From Rickettsiales bacterium (GTDB taxonomy: Bacteria; Pseudomonadota; Alphaproteobacteria; Rickettsiales; SXRF01): a stretch of 64,000 bases of DNA. Positions 39,680 through 50,750 of the stretch are shown here, piece after piece. Numbering within the stretch: position 1 is the first letter of the stretch; each line of letters starts with the position of its first letter. A program made the position numbers and the translations under genes. Under the pieces are notes generated by a model. It saw only the letters and a program-made list of their open reading frames with translations, was not told where the DNA came from and did not search any database. The stretch is taken from NCBI GenBank assembly GCA_021299465.1, contig JAJTHB010000005.1, positions 173,044 through 237,043 of the forward strand, given 5' to 3'.

Positions 39680-40762
39680 CTAGCTCATTCCGGGTTGCAG
39701 GCTGGCAGAATTATCTGGCGATACACGATCAACAAATCGATCGGAACCTGCGCGCTGCTGGTTGATGAGTATATTGGTTTGCCGTGGCTTAACCTGCTCG
39801 GAGAAAAGCTTTTTAGGTGTGCCTGATGGATCTTCGTCCAGCGGAAGCGACGGCGTATCTTCAATAATCGATGCTTTTGGTGTTTTGTCCTTTTTTGCAC
39901 CGTTAGTTAGATAAAGAGTCATCGCGGTGATTTTAGTGAAGACCGTATCCAGCGCGCCTAATCCTACATAACGCGCAAGAACGCCTTCGCCTTTTAGCCT
40001 GGTGGCCAGCTTATCGCCCTTGGGAAACATGCTGACACCTTTTGCCAGCACATCATTAACAACCCAGTCTGTTGTACGAGCTTTACCACCATAATGCCCT
40101 TCGTGGGTAATCATTAAAGGGTTAGCATCATATGGGTTGAGCGGGAATTGTTCGTGGGTGGGTTTGGTTTTGTCGGCCGCAAGCTTATCAAGTGCGGTTC
40201 CGGTTCCTAGTACAAACGCTGACGCAAGAACGCGCCTGCCGATCACGCGCAGCCAGCTCTGCTTGGGCTGCTCTTTTTCAATATAAATTTCATCAGCGGT
40301 CAGCTGGTGGCCGTCCGGCGCAGTTTGATCAATACCAAACTTTTCGTTTAGCCAGTGCACAATTGGGCGCTTGCGGTCTTCCATGAATTTCATGGGAACA
40401 AGCAGCAGCCAGCCACCGCCCGTCAGTGCCAATGTTTCCATGACGACTTTGGTGTTGTAGTAGCCCTTATTGAGAGGCACCTTGCCAACTTTTTCTACAC
40501 CCTGGGCGATTTTACCAACGGCATATTGGAATGGTTTTTTCAGGCGGCCAGAAATCAGCTCATCAGCCAGTATCACCGAGCCCACCAGATTCACCCAGTA
40601 ATTGATGCCCGAATAAACTGTCCAGTTATACCATTTTTCACCCTTGGACATTTCATGCGGCAACGCGGCGCCAGCAGCTGCGGCTTCAGGAGCGGCATCC
40701 ACCCTGATATTCGCATTCTTGCCGGCTACAATCACCGTGCTATCTGTTTTTATCTCAGTCAT
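39680..40762 (-). CDS. Hypothetical membrane protein, tandem paralogue 2
   Basis: PKQSWLRVIGRRV motif. Confidence 0.75.
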   Translation of the reverse strand: MTEIKTDSTVIVAGKNANIRVDAAPEAAAAGAALPHEMSKGEKWYNWTVYSGINYWVNLVGSVILADELISGRLKKPFQYAVGKIAQGVEKVGKVPLNKGYYNTKVVMETLALTGGGWLLLVPMKFMEDRKRPIVHWLNEKFGIDQTAPDGHQLTADEIYIEKEQPKQSWLRVIGRRVLASAFVLGTGTALDKLAADKTKPTHEQFPLNPYDANPLMITHEGHYGGKARTTDWVVNDVLAKGVSMFPKGDKLATRLKGEGVLARYVGLGALDTVFTKITAMTLYLTNGAKKDKTPKASIIEDTPSLPLDEDPSGTPKKLFSEQVKPRQTNILINQQRAGSDRFVDRVSPDNSASLQPGMS

Positions 40763-40771
40763 TGTTTCTAA

Positions 40772-42304
40772 TTAAGTTCCTAGCTGTAGACCTTGTTGTT
40801 CCTGCGACTGCATAATTTTATCCGCAAACGATGCCGATGCTTCTGAGCGCGGCGCTTTTTTTGCTGGTACGCGGTTTGAAAATTTATTTTTCTCTGGCGT
40901 GCAATGTTTTTTAGAGCTGTGCTGGGGTTCTTGTGTTCCAGCAATGCTATCTTCGATAACGGCAACGGCTGGCACAACACTCACCTCGTTCAAACCTTGC
41001 TCGTCATGACATGCTTCCTTGTGCGATTTTTTGGTAAAACCAACTTTTGAAAGCAGGTTGTGAGCAGGCTTCCATTTGGTTGCACCGTAAATTACAACCG
41101 AAAGAATGGTAGTCAGGAAGAATTCTTTAGTAACGAAAAGGCGCGATTGCTCAGCGAATACAGCGCGCTCGACATGCGCAAAGAGTTTGCTGTCTTTTTT
41201 AAGCCCAGCCTCGATATGCTCAATCTCAGCCATGATTTTCAGCTGTTCTTCCGGGTTGCCATGGTATTTTCGTATCTCACTGTGGTGCCCAATAATTTGT
41301 TTACCGGCTTCTAATATTTCAGGCGGTGCATTGGTAATCTTTAGAATATCTTCAAGATTTTCATGTTGTATACCCGATAGCTTTACTTTGTTTGCTGATA
41401 AAAACTTAGCAAGCCAGCTCCTGACTTTTTCTGGCATCCAATCATACATCTTGTTGCCAAAGCCCCAGCCTGCAACCGAGTCGATGTTTTTGTACATGCC
41501 GGGTTTACCCTGGCTGATATGGTTATGCTTGAGAATGCTATCAACGTTATCACGCACCTGATCGATGCTGAAAACAACAGCTAGTGCTACAAGTCGTGCG
41601 CGAATCAGGTTCCACCATGTTTCTTTTGGTTCATCGCCTGGTTTGAGTGCGGCAGCTTCTTTTTCTTCTGGCGTGCGGTTCGGGTGCAGCCAGTTATCAA
41701 CTTTATTGAGGAATCCTTCGCGATGGTTTTCAAGATACCAGACCGGCGCCAGCGCGACAAAACCAGCAATACACATGAACAAGGTCTCAATCGCTGAGCG
41801 ACGAGATTTAGCTGCACGATAGGCTATCTCAGCTGTTTTTTCTGCCTCAGGAAGGGCGTTGAGACCTTTATTTAACTCGACGCCGCCTAATTTGAATGCA
41901 CCATTAACCGCTTTTCCCGGTAGTGAAAGTGCAAACGAAATAACTTTGCCTGCCTCCGATTTTGCCAAGCTCTCCTTCATCCAGTCCGCGCCTTTGGTGG
42001 TCGCGAGGTAGTAGGTGATGACGACAGAAGCAACGTTGTTAAAAATCTGGTGAAGTCCGCCAAAATTTACGAGATGGAAGGCGATGCGCGCGCCTTTTTT
42101 ATTAAAGCGGTTTTCGTGAAGTTCCTGAAGTTTCTTCTCTTTTTCTGATAATGGTTGTTCGTTAGCCTTGCTATCGGTTTGATTCTGAACATTTGGCGAG
42201 GAGTGGCTATGTTTGGTATCAACCTGCACAACAACGGTTTCCTGCTGCTCATGATCAGCGGAATTGGTATTTTCTTGTTTTATTTCAATATTTAACTTCT
42301 TCAT
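40772..42304 (-). CDS. Hypothetical membrane protein, tandem paralogue 1
   Basis: PKETWWNLIRARL motif. Confidence 0.75.
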   Translation of the reverse strand: MKKLNIEIKQENTNSADHEQQETVVVQVDTKHSHSSPNVQNQTDSKANEQPLSEKEKKLQELHENRFNKKGARIAFHLVNFGGLHQIFNNVASVVITYYLATTKGADWMKESLAKSEAGKVISFALSLPGKAVNGAFKLGGVELNKGLNALPEAEKTAEIAYRAAKSRRSAIETLFMCIAGFVALAPVWYLENHREGFLNKVDNWLHPNRTPEEKEAAALKPGDEPKETWWNLIRARLVALAVVFSIDQVRDNVDSILKHNHISQGKPGMYKNIDSVAGWGFGNKMYDWMPEKVRSWLAKFLSANKVKLSGIQHENLEDILKITNAPPEILEAGKQIIGHHSEIRKYHGNPEEQLKIMAEIEHIEAGLKKDSKLFAHVERAVFAEQSRLFVTKEFFLTTILSVVIYGATKWKPAHNLLSKVGFTKKSHKEACHDEQGLNEVSVVPAVAVIEDSIAGTQEPQHSSKKHCTPEKNKFSNRVPAKKAPRSEASASFADKIMQSQEQQGLQLGT

Positions 42305-42443
42305 CGATTACGCTTTTTCTGTGGCATTGCAACATATCCACACTTCTCCACGCTATTAATTTAGCATATTCGCGTACTTAATAATGTGAAGTTTGCATGA
42401 CAAAAGGCCTAATGGCCATTAACAAACTACGCAAAACTGCCAT

Positions 42444-42477
42444 AAAAAAGGCTGCGGATTGTTCCGCAGCCTTTTTT
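42444..42477 (-). terminator. Rho-independent terminator of groESL
   Basis: AAAAAAGGCTGCGGA-TTGT-TCCGCAGCCTTTTTT. Confidence 0.9.
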
Positions 42478-42500
42478 GTTAGATATTACAGTTGGTTGGA

Positions 42501-44180
<1,680 letters not shown>

Positions 44181-44495
44181 TTACGCAGCTTTTTTCTTGC
44201 TGCTGGTCATTTCAATCGTGCCAATCACATCGGATTCTTTGAGCACTTTGTATTCTTTGCCGTCGACTTTGATATCGCTACCAGCCCACTGGGTGAAGAG
44301 AACAATATCACCAACTTCGACATCCATCGGGATGCGCTTGCCATTTTCATCTTTTGCGCCTGGGCCAACGGCCAGTACTTTACCCTGTTTTGGCTTTTCT
44401 TTCGCGGTATCGGGGATGATAATGCCGCCGGCGGTTTTATCTTCCTGCTCAAGGGCTTCGACCACAATGCGGTCGCCAAGTGGTTTAATGTTCAT
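44181..44495 (-). CDS. groS: Co-chaperonin GroES
   Basis: [23 protein letters not shown]. Confidence 0.98.
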   Translation of the reverse strand: MNIKPLGDRIVVEALEQEDKTAGGIIIPDTAKEKPKQGKVLAVGPGAKDENGKRIPMDVEVGDIVLFTQWAGSDIKVDGKEYKVLKESDVIGTIEMTSSKKKAA

Positions 44496-44570
44496 AACTT
44501 CGAACTCCAATCTAGGTTAAACTTAAGGAAATTGCTGATTAGCCGACATTCTCGACTAAATTTGTATGGC

Positions 44571-44600
44571 AGATATAGAAGGCTTCGACTAGGTTTCAAG
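44571..44600 (-). promoter_or_regulatory. RpoH (sigma-32)-type promoter of groESL
   Basis: Minus strand CTTGAA-N15-TCTATAT matches the alphaproteobacterial RpoH consensus CTTGAA-N15/16-CCTATAT. Confidence 0.65.
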
Positions 44601-44626
44601 GGTTAGTTTTATTTTTTTGTAATAAA

Positions 44627-45286
44627 ATGTTTGAACCTGCATCAAATTGTCACTTTTGTTCGCGTTTAGTTGATTTTAGGGCGGCTAACCGGCGTGATTA
44701 TCCTCATTTCTTTAATGCGCCTGTGCCAGCGTTTGGTGAGCTTAGCTCAAAACTGCTGATTGTCGGGCTTGCGCCCGGGCTGCAAGGCGCTAATGCCACT
44801 GGCCGACCTTTTACTGGTGATTATGCTGGTGATGTGCTTTACGGCGCGCTGCTAAAAGCAGGGTTTGCTAAGGGCAGCTACAGCAGCCCAAGAGGCGAAA
44901 AAATTTCTGGTTCTTATCAGGATGGGCTTGAGCTGGCCAGTTGCCGCATTACCAATGCTGTGCGTTGCGTACCGCCGGAAAACAAGCCCGAGCCTAGCGA
45001 AATCAGAAGGTGCAACGATTTCCTCAAAGCAGAAATCGCGGCCATGCCAAACCTAAAGGTGATTCTTTCGCTGGGCCTGATCTCACACAATGCTGTGCTT
45101 ATTGCGCTGGGCAAAAAAGCAAAAGATGCAAAATTTACGCATGGCGCGCTTCACGTCATCCAGCATCCAGCATCAACCATCCACCTACTGAATAGCTATC
45201 ACTGCTCACGCTATAATATGAATACCAATCGGCTTACCACCGAGATGTTTGATCAGGTGATGCAGCAAGCTAGAGAGCTTATCTAA
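44627..45286 (+). CDS. Uracil-DNA glycosylase (Fe-S, family 5/UdgB-like)
   Basis: CHFCSRL, GLAPG, GRPFTGDYAG, ITNAVRCVPPENKP, YHCSRYN. Confidence 0.88.
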   Translation: MFEPASNCHFCSRLVDFRAANRRDYPHFFNAPVPAFGELSSKLLIVGLAPGLQGANATGRPFTGDYAGDVLYGALLKAGFAKGSYSSPRGEKISGSYQDGLELASCRITNAVRCVPPENKPEPSEIRRCNDFLKAEIAAMPNLKVILSLGLISHNAVLIALGKKAKDAKFTHGALHVIQHPASTIHLLNSYHCSRYNMNTNRLTTEMFDQVMQQARELI

Positions 45287-45962
45287 AGGTTTCATTAAAC
45301 CAGTTGAGGGCACCGCCAGTAGCCGGACCCGCCGCGCCGCCAGCGGTGCCGGTCACTGTATCAGCATAGCCTTGGCCTGGCTTATTGCTTTTATTGCCGC
45401 TTTCGCCGTCAAATGGTGAAGCTGGCGCATTTTGGGTAGATGATGGGCCGACCTTTCCAACACCGCCGCCTTGCTGGGATTCTGCCGAACCGCCCGTTGT
45501 TGGTAATGATGGCATCTCGTAGCGCAGGCCAGGGAATGGATAACCCGCGATCATCGCAGGAGTTTCCAGCGCGCAGGTCAAAGCATCGGTTTTTTTCAGG
45601 CGGCACCAGCCTTCATTTCCAACACGTTTACAGGCTATACCCTCGTTAGTGCCTTTATAGCCACCAACATCAAATGTTTCACTATAAGGGCGGCAGATGG
45701 CCTTGGATTTACTGGTAAATGCTTCGCCGACACTGATCGCGCCTATATTATTATCAGAGCTTTTCCATGGGTAGGGTTCTTTGGTGGTGATGGTATCCAT
45801 TACATATTCAAAAACTTTGACGTAATAGTCCTTTTCGACAGCGGATAATTCGCCTGGTCGTGGTGGTGCATGTACCAGCACTGGCTCAGGCTGCGTTTTG
45901 GGCTGGCTGGCATAATACCAGATAAAAGCGAGCGCGACGATTAAGATAGCTAAGTATTTCAT
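45279..45962 (-). CDS. RT0821/Lpp0805-like (17-kDa antigen-like) surface protein
   Basis: N-terminal membrane anchor; W...G.I......CRPYSET....EGIAC....GW pattern. Confidence 0.6.
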   Translation of the reverse strand: MKYLAILIVALAFIWYYASQPKTQPEPVLVHAPPRPGELSAVEKDYYVKVFEYVMDTITTKEPYPWKSSDNNIGAISVGEAFTSKSKAICRPYSETFDVGGYKGTNEGIACKRVGNEGWCRLKKTDALTCALETPAMIAGYPFPGLRYEMPSLPTTGGSAESQQGGGVGKVGPSSTQNAPASPFDGESGNKSNKPGQGYADTVTGTAGGAAGPATGGALNWFNETFR

Positions 45963-46015
45963 GTATCTTACTATAATCGCTTGACCGTTTCTTGTCAGCA
46001 GCCTTATCTCACCTT

Positions 46016-47059
46016 ATGAAAATTTTTCATGCATTATTCAGCGATAAGAGCGGGGGCTTGGAGCAGGCCTATTTTGATTACTCTGAAGCGATGGCAAACA
46101 AAGGCCATTCGCTTGTGCTGGCCATCCATCCTGAGGCTAAGTTAAAATCGCAGCTTAGCCAGCTCAGGCAAGAGATTCTAAGTTTTGCTCCCAAAGGCTA
46201 TTATGATTTAGGGACGATCTGGCAATTAAGAAGGGCGATCAGGCAAACCAAGCCTGATGTGGTTCTGGCGCATAATAGCCGTGCAGTGAGTGTACTTAAG
46301 CTGGCTATGCTTGGGCTTTCGATTCCACTTATAGGTGTCAGTCATGGTTATAAAACCAGACGCATGATGCGCGCTGATTACCTGCTGACGCTTACCAACG
46401 ACATGCGTGATCATTTCGTTAAAGCTGGATATTGTGCAAATCGCTGCTTGGTAATGCCCAATATGATCAGGCCGGTGGCATTAGATTACCGGCCAATGAA
46501 TCCCGTGCCTGTCATTGGCGCAATTGGGCGGTTGGTTTATGACAAGGGTTTTCACCAGCTGGTGCAGGCGATGGCCGAGCTTTCGCGGCGCGGTGTGCTT
46601 TGCAGGGCTGTGATTGCGGGTGATGGGATAGAGCGAGATTCGCTACAGCGCTTTGCTGCAGATCTGGGTGTTTCGGATTTAATCAGCTGGACGGGCTGGG
46701 TGCGTGATAAACAACATTTTTATGATACGATCGATTTGCTCGTATTTCCTTCTCTGAATGAGTCATTCGGGCTTGTTGTGCTGGAAGGCATGACTTATTC
46801 AAAGCCCGTTATTGCAAGCAATACCGTCGGCCCGGCTTCGATCATTGAGCATGAAAAAAACGGCCTTCTGTTTGAATCCGGCGATGTGCTGGGGTTGGTG
46901 GAGGCGATAGAGCGGTTGATTGAAAACAGCGTTTCAGCAGAACAGATCGCCAAAGCGGGCAGGGAGCGTTCGCAAGAATTTTCACCTGAGCGATTTGCTG
47001 AGCGATTGGATAAACTGCTTATTAACATCAGAGATAATAGATCAGTGCGATCGTCGTAG
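46016..47059 (+). CDS. Glycosyltransferase family 4
   Basis: IGRLVYDKGF, PSLNESFGLVVLEGM. Confidence 0.9.
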   Translation: MKIFHALFSDKSGGLEQAYFDYSEAMANKGHSLVLAIHPEAKLKSQLSQLRQEILSFAPKGYYDLGTIWQLRRAIRQTKPDVVLAHNSRAVSVLKLAMLGLSIPLIGVSHGYKTRRMMRADYLLTLTNDMRDHFVKAGYCANRCLVMPNMIRPVALDYRPMNPVPVIGAIGRLVYDKGFHQLVQAMAELSRRGVLCRAVIAGDGIERDSLQRFAADLGVSDLISWTGWVRDKQHFYDTIDLLVFPSLNESFGLVVLEGMTYSKPVIASNTVGPASIIEHEKNGLLFESGDVLGLVEAIERLIENSVSAEQIAKAGRERSQEFSPERFAERLDKLLINIRDNRSVRSS

Positions 47060-48572
47060 CGGCTGCGAGTGACGCCCAGGCAAACTGTAGCCATTGTTTG
47101 TGTTCATGCCTGCGATTTTCACTTAGAGCGCGAATGGAATCTGGATGCAGTGTGATGCCTTCCGGGTTTCCTAGTCTGGCAAAGGTATTTTCAATCGACC
47201 GCATGACATCCGGAAATTTTTGGGCAAGTTCTGCACCATCTTTCGCGCAATCTTTAAGTTTTGCCTGCAAGCCGAAATGTTCACGCGCCCAGCCTTCGAC
47301 CAGTGGCCGCGTCAGCTCCCACATGTTGAGTTTCGGGTTCAGCATTCTGCCAACCCCTTCGGTTACCATCATGGTTTTTTGCAGCAGCAAAAGCTGCGGC
47401 TGAGTTTCCATTTCAAATTCAGCGGCGATGTTAAACATCTGCCCGAGTAAATGCGCGACGGAAATTTCATTCACCGGCTTGCCGACAATCGGCTGTGCAA
47501 CCGCCATGCAGGCCTGCGTGAAGGCATCCAGCGATTTGCCGGCTGGCACATAGCCGGCTTTGAAATGCATCCTTGCAACATGGCGGTAGTCCTGCGTGAG
47601 GAAGCCGCGCAGGATCTCAGCCATGTAAAGCCGCGAGTCCCAATCCAGACGGCCCATGATGCCGAAATCGACCGCGGCAATATCGCCATTTTTATCGACG
47701 AATAAATTACCCGGATGCAGATCGGCATGGAAATAGCCATCGACAAAGACTTGTGAAAACAAGCTGCGCGCGGCTTTGGTCAGGATGGCATCTGGATCAA
47801 AACCACTCCTTCGAATTGCTTCGATGTCATTCATTGGAATGCCGTCGATCCATTCCAGCGTGAGCACGCGCTGTGAGGTTAAGTTCCAATCGATCGTTGG
47901 CACACGAAACCCAGGCTCGTGCTTTTTGATGTTATTTGCAAGCTCGGTCGCGGCGGCGGCTTCAAAGCGCAGGTCGAGCTCGAAGAAAACCGTTTCTTTA
48001 AAGGTTGAAACAACCTGTTTCGGCTTGAATCGCTTGGAATCACTGAGGCGGCTCTCAATGATATCGGAGAGCCAGAAAAAAAGCTCCAAATCACGGGCAA
48101 AAGCTTTTTCGATACCCGGCCTAAGGATTTTAACGGCAACATCGCGGCCGTCTTTTGTTTTGGCTTTGTGAACCTGCGCAATCGAGGCGGCAGCAACCGG
48201 TGTCTCATTAAATTCAGCGTAAAGACTGCTTAGCGGCGCGCCGAATTCTGATTCGATGATGCTCCTGGCAACGCTACTGGAAAAGGGCGGCAGTTTATCA
48301 CGCAGGCGCGAAAGCGAATCTGCCAGTTCATCGCCAATCAGGTCGGAGCGCGTCGATAGCGCCTGACCCAACTTAATAAAAGTGGGCCCAAGTTTTTCCA
48401 GCGCTGCTGCTAGGCGTTCACCCTTGCTACGGCCTCCGCTTGGCAAGCATTTACCAATAAGACCCAGAACTGGCAAAATACGCAGCTCATCAAAAATAAA
48501 TAGCGCATTCTCGCTCGCCATAATAGCGGCGATACCAAGTAATCGTTTGATGTTGCGAATGCTGCGGATCAT
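47028..48572 (-). CDS. ubiB: Ubiquinone biosynthesis kinase-like protein UbiB
   Basis: LGPTFIKLGQALSTRSD, AAASIAQVH, FHADLHPGN, DFGIMGRL. Confidence 0.95.
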   Translation of the reverse strand: MIRSIRNIKRLLGIAAIMASENALFIFDELRILPVLGLIGKCLPSGGRSKGERLAAALEKLGPTFIKLGQALSTRSDLIGDELADSLSRLRDKLPPFSSSVARSIIESEFGAPLSSLYAEFNETPVAAASIAQVHKAKTKDGRDVAVKILRPGIEKAFARDLELFFWLSDIIESRLSDSKRFKPKQVVSTFKETVFFELDLRFEAAAATELANNIKKHEPGFRVPTIDWNLTSQRVLTLEWIDGIPMNDIEAIRRSGFDPDAILTKAARSLFSQVFVDGYFHADLHPGNLFVDKNGDIAAVDFGIMGRLDWDSRLYMAEILRGFLTQDYRHVARMHFKAGYVPAGKSLDAFTQACMAVAQPIVGKPVNEISVAHLLGQMFNIAAEFEMETQPQLLLLQKTMMVTEGVGRMLNPKLNMWELTRPLVEGWAREHFGLQAKLKDCAKDGAELAQKFPDVMRSIENTFARLGNPEGITLHPDSIRALSENRRHEHKQWLQFAWASLAAATTIALIYYL

Positions 48573-49306
48573 TAGAGTTTGCGCCCCGAATGAATGGCGA
48601 CTACGCCGCCGGATAAATTACGGTATCGCGCCACGCCGAAACCCGCCTGTTTAATCATCGCGAGAAAATTTTCCTGATTAGGAAACCGCCGAATACTTTC
48701 CACCAAGTAGCGATAAGCCTCTTCATTGCCCGTGACTTTTTTGCCAATAGCCGGAATGATATGAAAGGAATAAGCATCATAAAGCTTTTGCAGTGTGGTG
48801 TTTGGTAGTTGGCTGAATTCCAGGCATAGAAACCTGCCGCCGGGTTTTAATACGCGGTGGGCTTCGCTCAGTGCGCGGTCAATACGGGTGACGTTGCGAA
48901 TACCAAAGGCAATGGTGTAGGCATCGAAATGGTTGTCAGGAAAGGGAAGGGCTTCGGCGTCGCAGCAGATCCATTCCAATCCATGCGTCAGGTTTCGATC
49001 AATCGCGCGTGACTTTCCTTCTTCAAGCATCTGCTGGTTGATATCAGCAACGGTTACAAGGCATCCCGCTTTTTCGATCATACGAAACGCAATGTCACCA
49101 GTGCCGCCTGCGACATCGAGGATGTGCATGCCGGAACTAGGCGAAAGCATTGAGACCAATTCATGTTTCCATAGCCGGTGGATGCCCGCACTCATGAGGT
49201 CATTCATCAGGTCGTAACGGCTGGCCACCGAATCAAACACACCTTTCACCAATGAGGATTTCTCATCCTCGGCGACATGTTTGAATCCGAAATGGGTGGT
49301 GGACAT
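48572..49306 (-). CDS. ubiE: Ubiquinone/menaquinone C-methyltransferase
   Basis: [28 protein letters not shown]. Confidence 0.96.
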   Translation of the reverse strand: MSTTHFGFKHVAEDEKSSLVKGVFDSVASRYDLMNDLMSAGIHRLWKHELVSMLSPSSGMHILDVAGGTGDIAFRMIEKAGCLVTVADINQQMLEEGKSRAIDRNLTHGLEWICCDAEALPFPDNHFDAYTIAFGIRNVTRIDRALSEAHRVLKPGGRFLCLEFSQLPNTTLQKLYDAYSFHIIPAIGKKVTGNEEAYRYLVESIRRFPNQENFLAMIKQAGFGVARYRNLSGGVVAIHSGRKL

Positions 49307-49311
49307 AGATG

Positions 49312-49394
49312 AGGTTGCGTAAGTTCAGTAGGTTTCGTAAGTTCTGGCCGATCAACCTACTAAACCTTCGAAACCTACGCAACCTTCGAAACCT
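49312..49394. repeat. Inverted array of 9-bp tandem repeats
   Basis: Right arm units ACTAAACCT, TCGAAACCT, ACGCAACCT, TCGAAACCT; left arm carries reverse-complement units AGGTTGCGT, AAGTTCAGT, AGGTTTCGT. Confidence 0.75.
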
Positions 49395-49402
49395 ATTTTA
49401 TC

Positions 49403-50224
49403 ATGCCCGAATTACCAGAAGTTGAAACGGTGCGCCTTGGACTTGAGTCGCAGATTATTGGCGCCGTCATTGATAAGGTGATTCTCAGGCGTAAGGACCT
49501 CCGCGTACCTTTTACGAAGAACTTTGCGCGCCGTGTTCAGGGGGCGCGCATTCAGGCGATCAAAAGGCGCGCTAAATATCTTTTGTTTTACCTCAGCAAT
49601 GGTGAGGTGATTCTATCGCATCTTGGCATGAGCGGTCGCTATGTGATCTGGCCGGATTCGTTGCCGAAAGCGGCTAAGCATGACCATGTCATCATGCATT
49701 TCGCTGATGGCCGTTTTCTTGTTTATCATGATCCGCGGCGTTTTGGTGTGATGGTCATACGTCATGCATCTGAACTGGCAATCGATCCGCTGCTTTCTTC
49801 GCTAGGGCCGGAGCCGCTGGAGCCATCTTTTACGGCCTCTGTATTAAAAGAGGCGCTGAGCAAAAAATCTGCGCCAATTAAGCAGGTCCTCATGGATCCG
49901 CAGGTGGTGGTGGGTGTGGGTAATATCTATGCAAGTGAAGCGTTGTTCTTGGCTAAGATTGATCCGCGCAAACCAGCCTATCAAGTGCAGGGTGAGTCTG
50001 CTGAGCTGGTTCGGGCGATACGCAAGGTATTGAAGGCGGCTATTGCCTCTGGAGGTTCCAGCCTGCGGGACTTTCTTCAGGTTTCTGGCGAGGAAGGCTA
50101 TTTCCAGCATGCGTTTAAAGTTTACGGAAGGGCTGGAAAACCTTGTGTTTCATGCGCCATACCCCTACGGAGTATACGCCAGGCGGGGCGCAGCACATTC
50201 TTCTGCGCCGTATGTCAAAAATAG
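49403..50224 (+). CDS. mutM: Formamidopyrimidine-DNA glycosylase
   Basis: MPELPEVE, HLGMSG, GVGNIYASEAL, C-terminal zinc finger. Confidence 0.97.
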   Translation: MPELPEVETVRLGLESQIIGAVIDKVILRRKDLRVPFTKNFARRVQGARIQAIKRRAKYLLFYLSNGEVILSHLGMSGRYVIWPDSLPKAAKHDHVIMHFADGRFLVYHDPRRFGVMVIRHASELAIDPLLSSLGPEPLEPSFTASVLKEALSKKSAPIKQVLMDPQVVVGVGNIYASEALFLAKIDPRKPAYQVQGESAELVRAIRKVLKAAIASGGSSLRDFLQVSGEEGYFQHAFKVYGRAGKPCVSCAIPLRSIRQAGRSTFFCAVCQK

Positions 50225-50392
50225 CTGCCATGTTCGTTATTCTGATTAAGCTGTAAAGCCCGGAAAATAAGGCTTTTTGGCGGGTAAGAAAAAAATGGGA
50301 CAGCCTGTGGATTAGTGCTTGACGAGGGAGGTGAACGCGGTTATTTTCGTCAGTCCGAATTCGGTATAAATTTTTTATAAGTGAGATGTTCA

Positions 50393-50659
50393 ATGGCAAA
50401 CCATAAGTCGTCAGAGAAGCGCATTCGCCAGACGGTCCGCCGCAGAGAGGTGAACCGCAAGCGTGAAAGCAAAGTGAAGGCATCGGTTAAAAAAGTTGAG
50501 CTTGCTATTGCAAGCGGCAAAAAAGCGGATGCTGGCAAAGCGTTGGTAGAAGCTCAATCGCTGCTTATGCGGGCTGTTTCTGCTGGTGTACTTAAGCTTC
50601 CGACAGCGTCTCGCAAAGTCAGTCGTTTGTCGCAGCGTATTAAAAAACTCGCCGCCTAA
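50393..50659 (+). CDS. rpsT: 30S ribosomal protein S20
   Basis: [13 protein letters not shown]...TASRKVSRL. Confidence 0.97.
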   Translation: MANHKSSEKRIRQTVRRREVNRKRESKVKASVKKVELAIASGKKADAGKALVEAQSLLMRAVSAGVLKLPTASRKVSRLSQRIKKLAA

Positions 50660-50750
50660 TATCTAAAACTATCTTCCAGTGATTCCTTAGCCGCTCCATC
50701 AAGAGAGCGGGCAGGTTTTTGCTGCCTTAAAAAACATAACGGGATGGAAC

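Noticed and set aside
44539-44559. Inverted repeat TTAGCCGA…TCGACTAA upstream of groES as a CIRCE
   Set aside because: Arms and spacing do not match TTAGCACTC-N9-GAGTGCTAA.
49312-49394. Repeat array as CRISPR
   Set aside because: 9-bp units without spacers and no cas genes.
50225-50392. mutM-rpsT gap as oriC
   Set aside because: Only one near-consensus DnaA box (TGTGGATTA, 50306-50314) and no box cluster or AT-rich unwinding element; it reads as the rpsT promoter.
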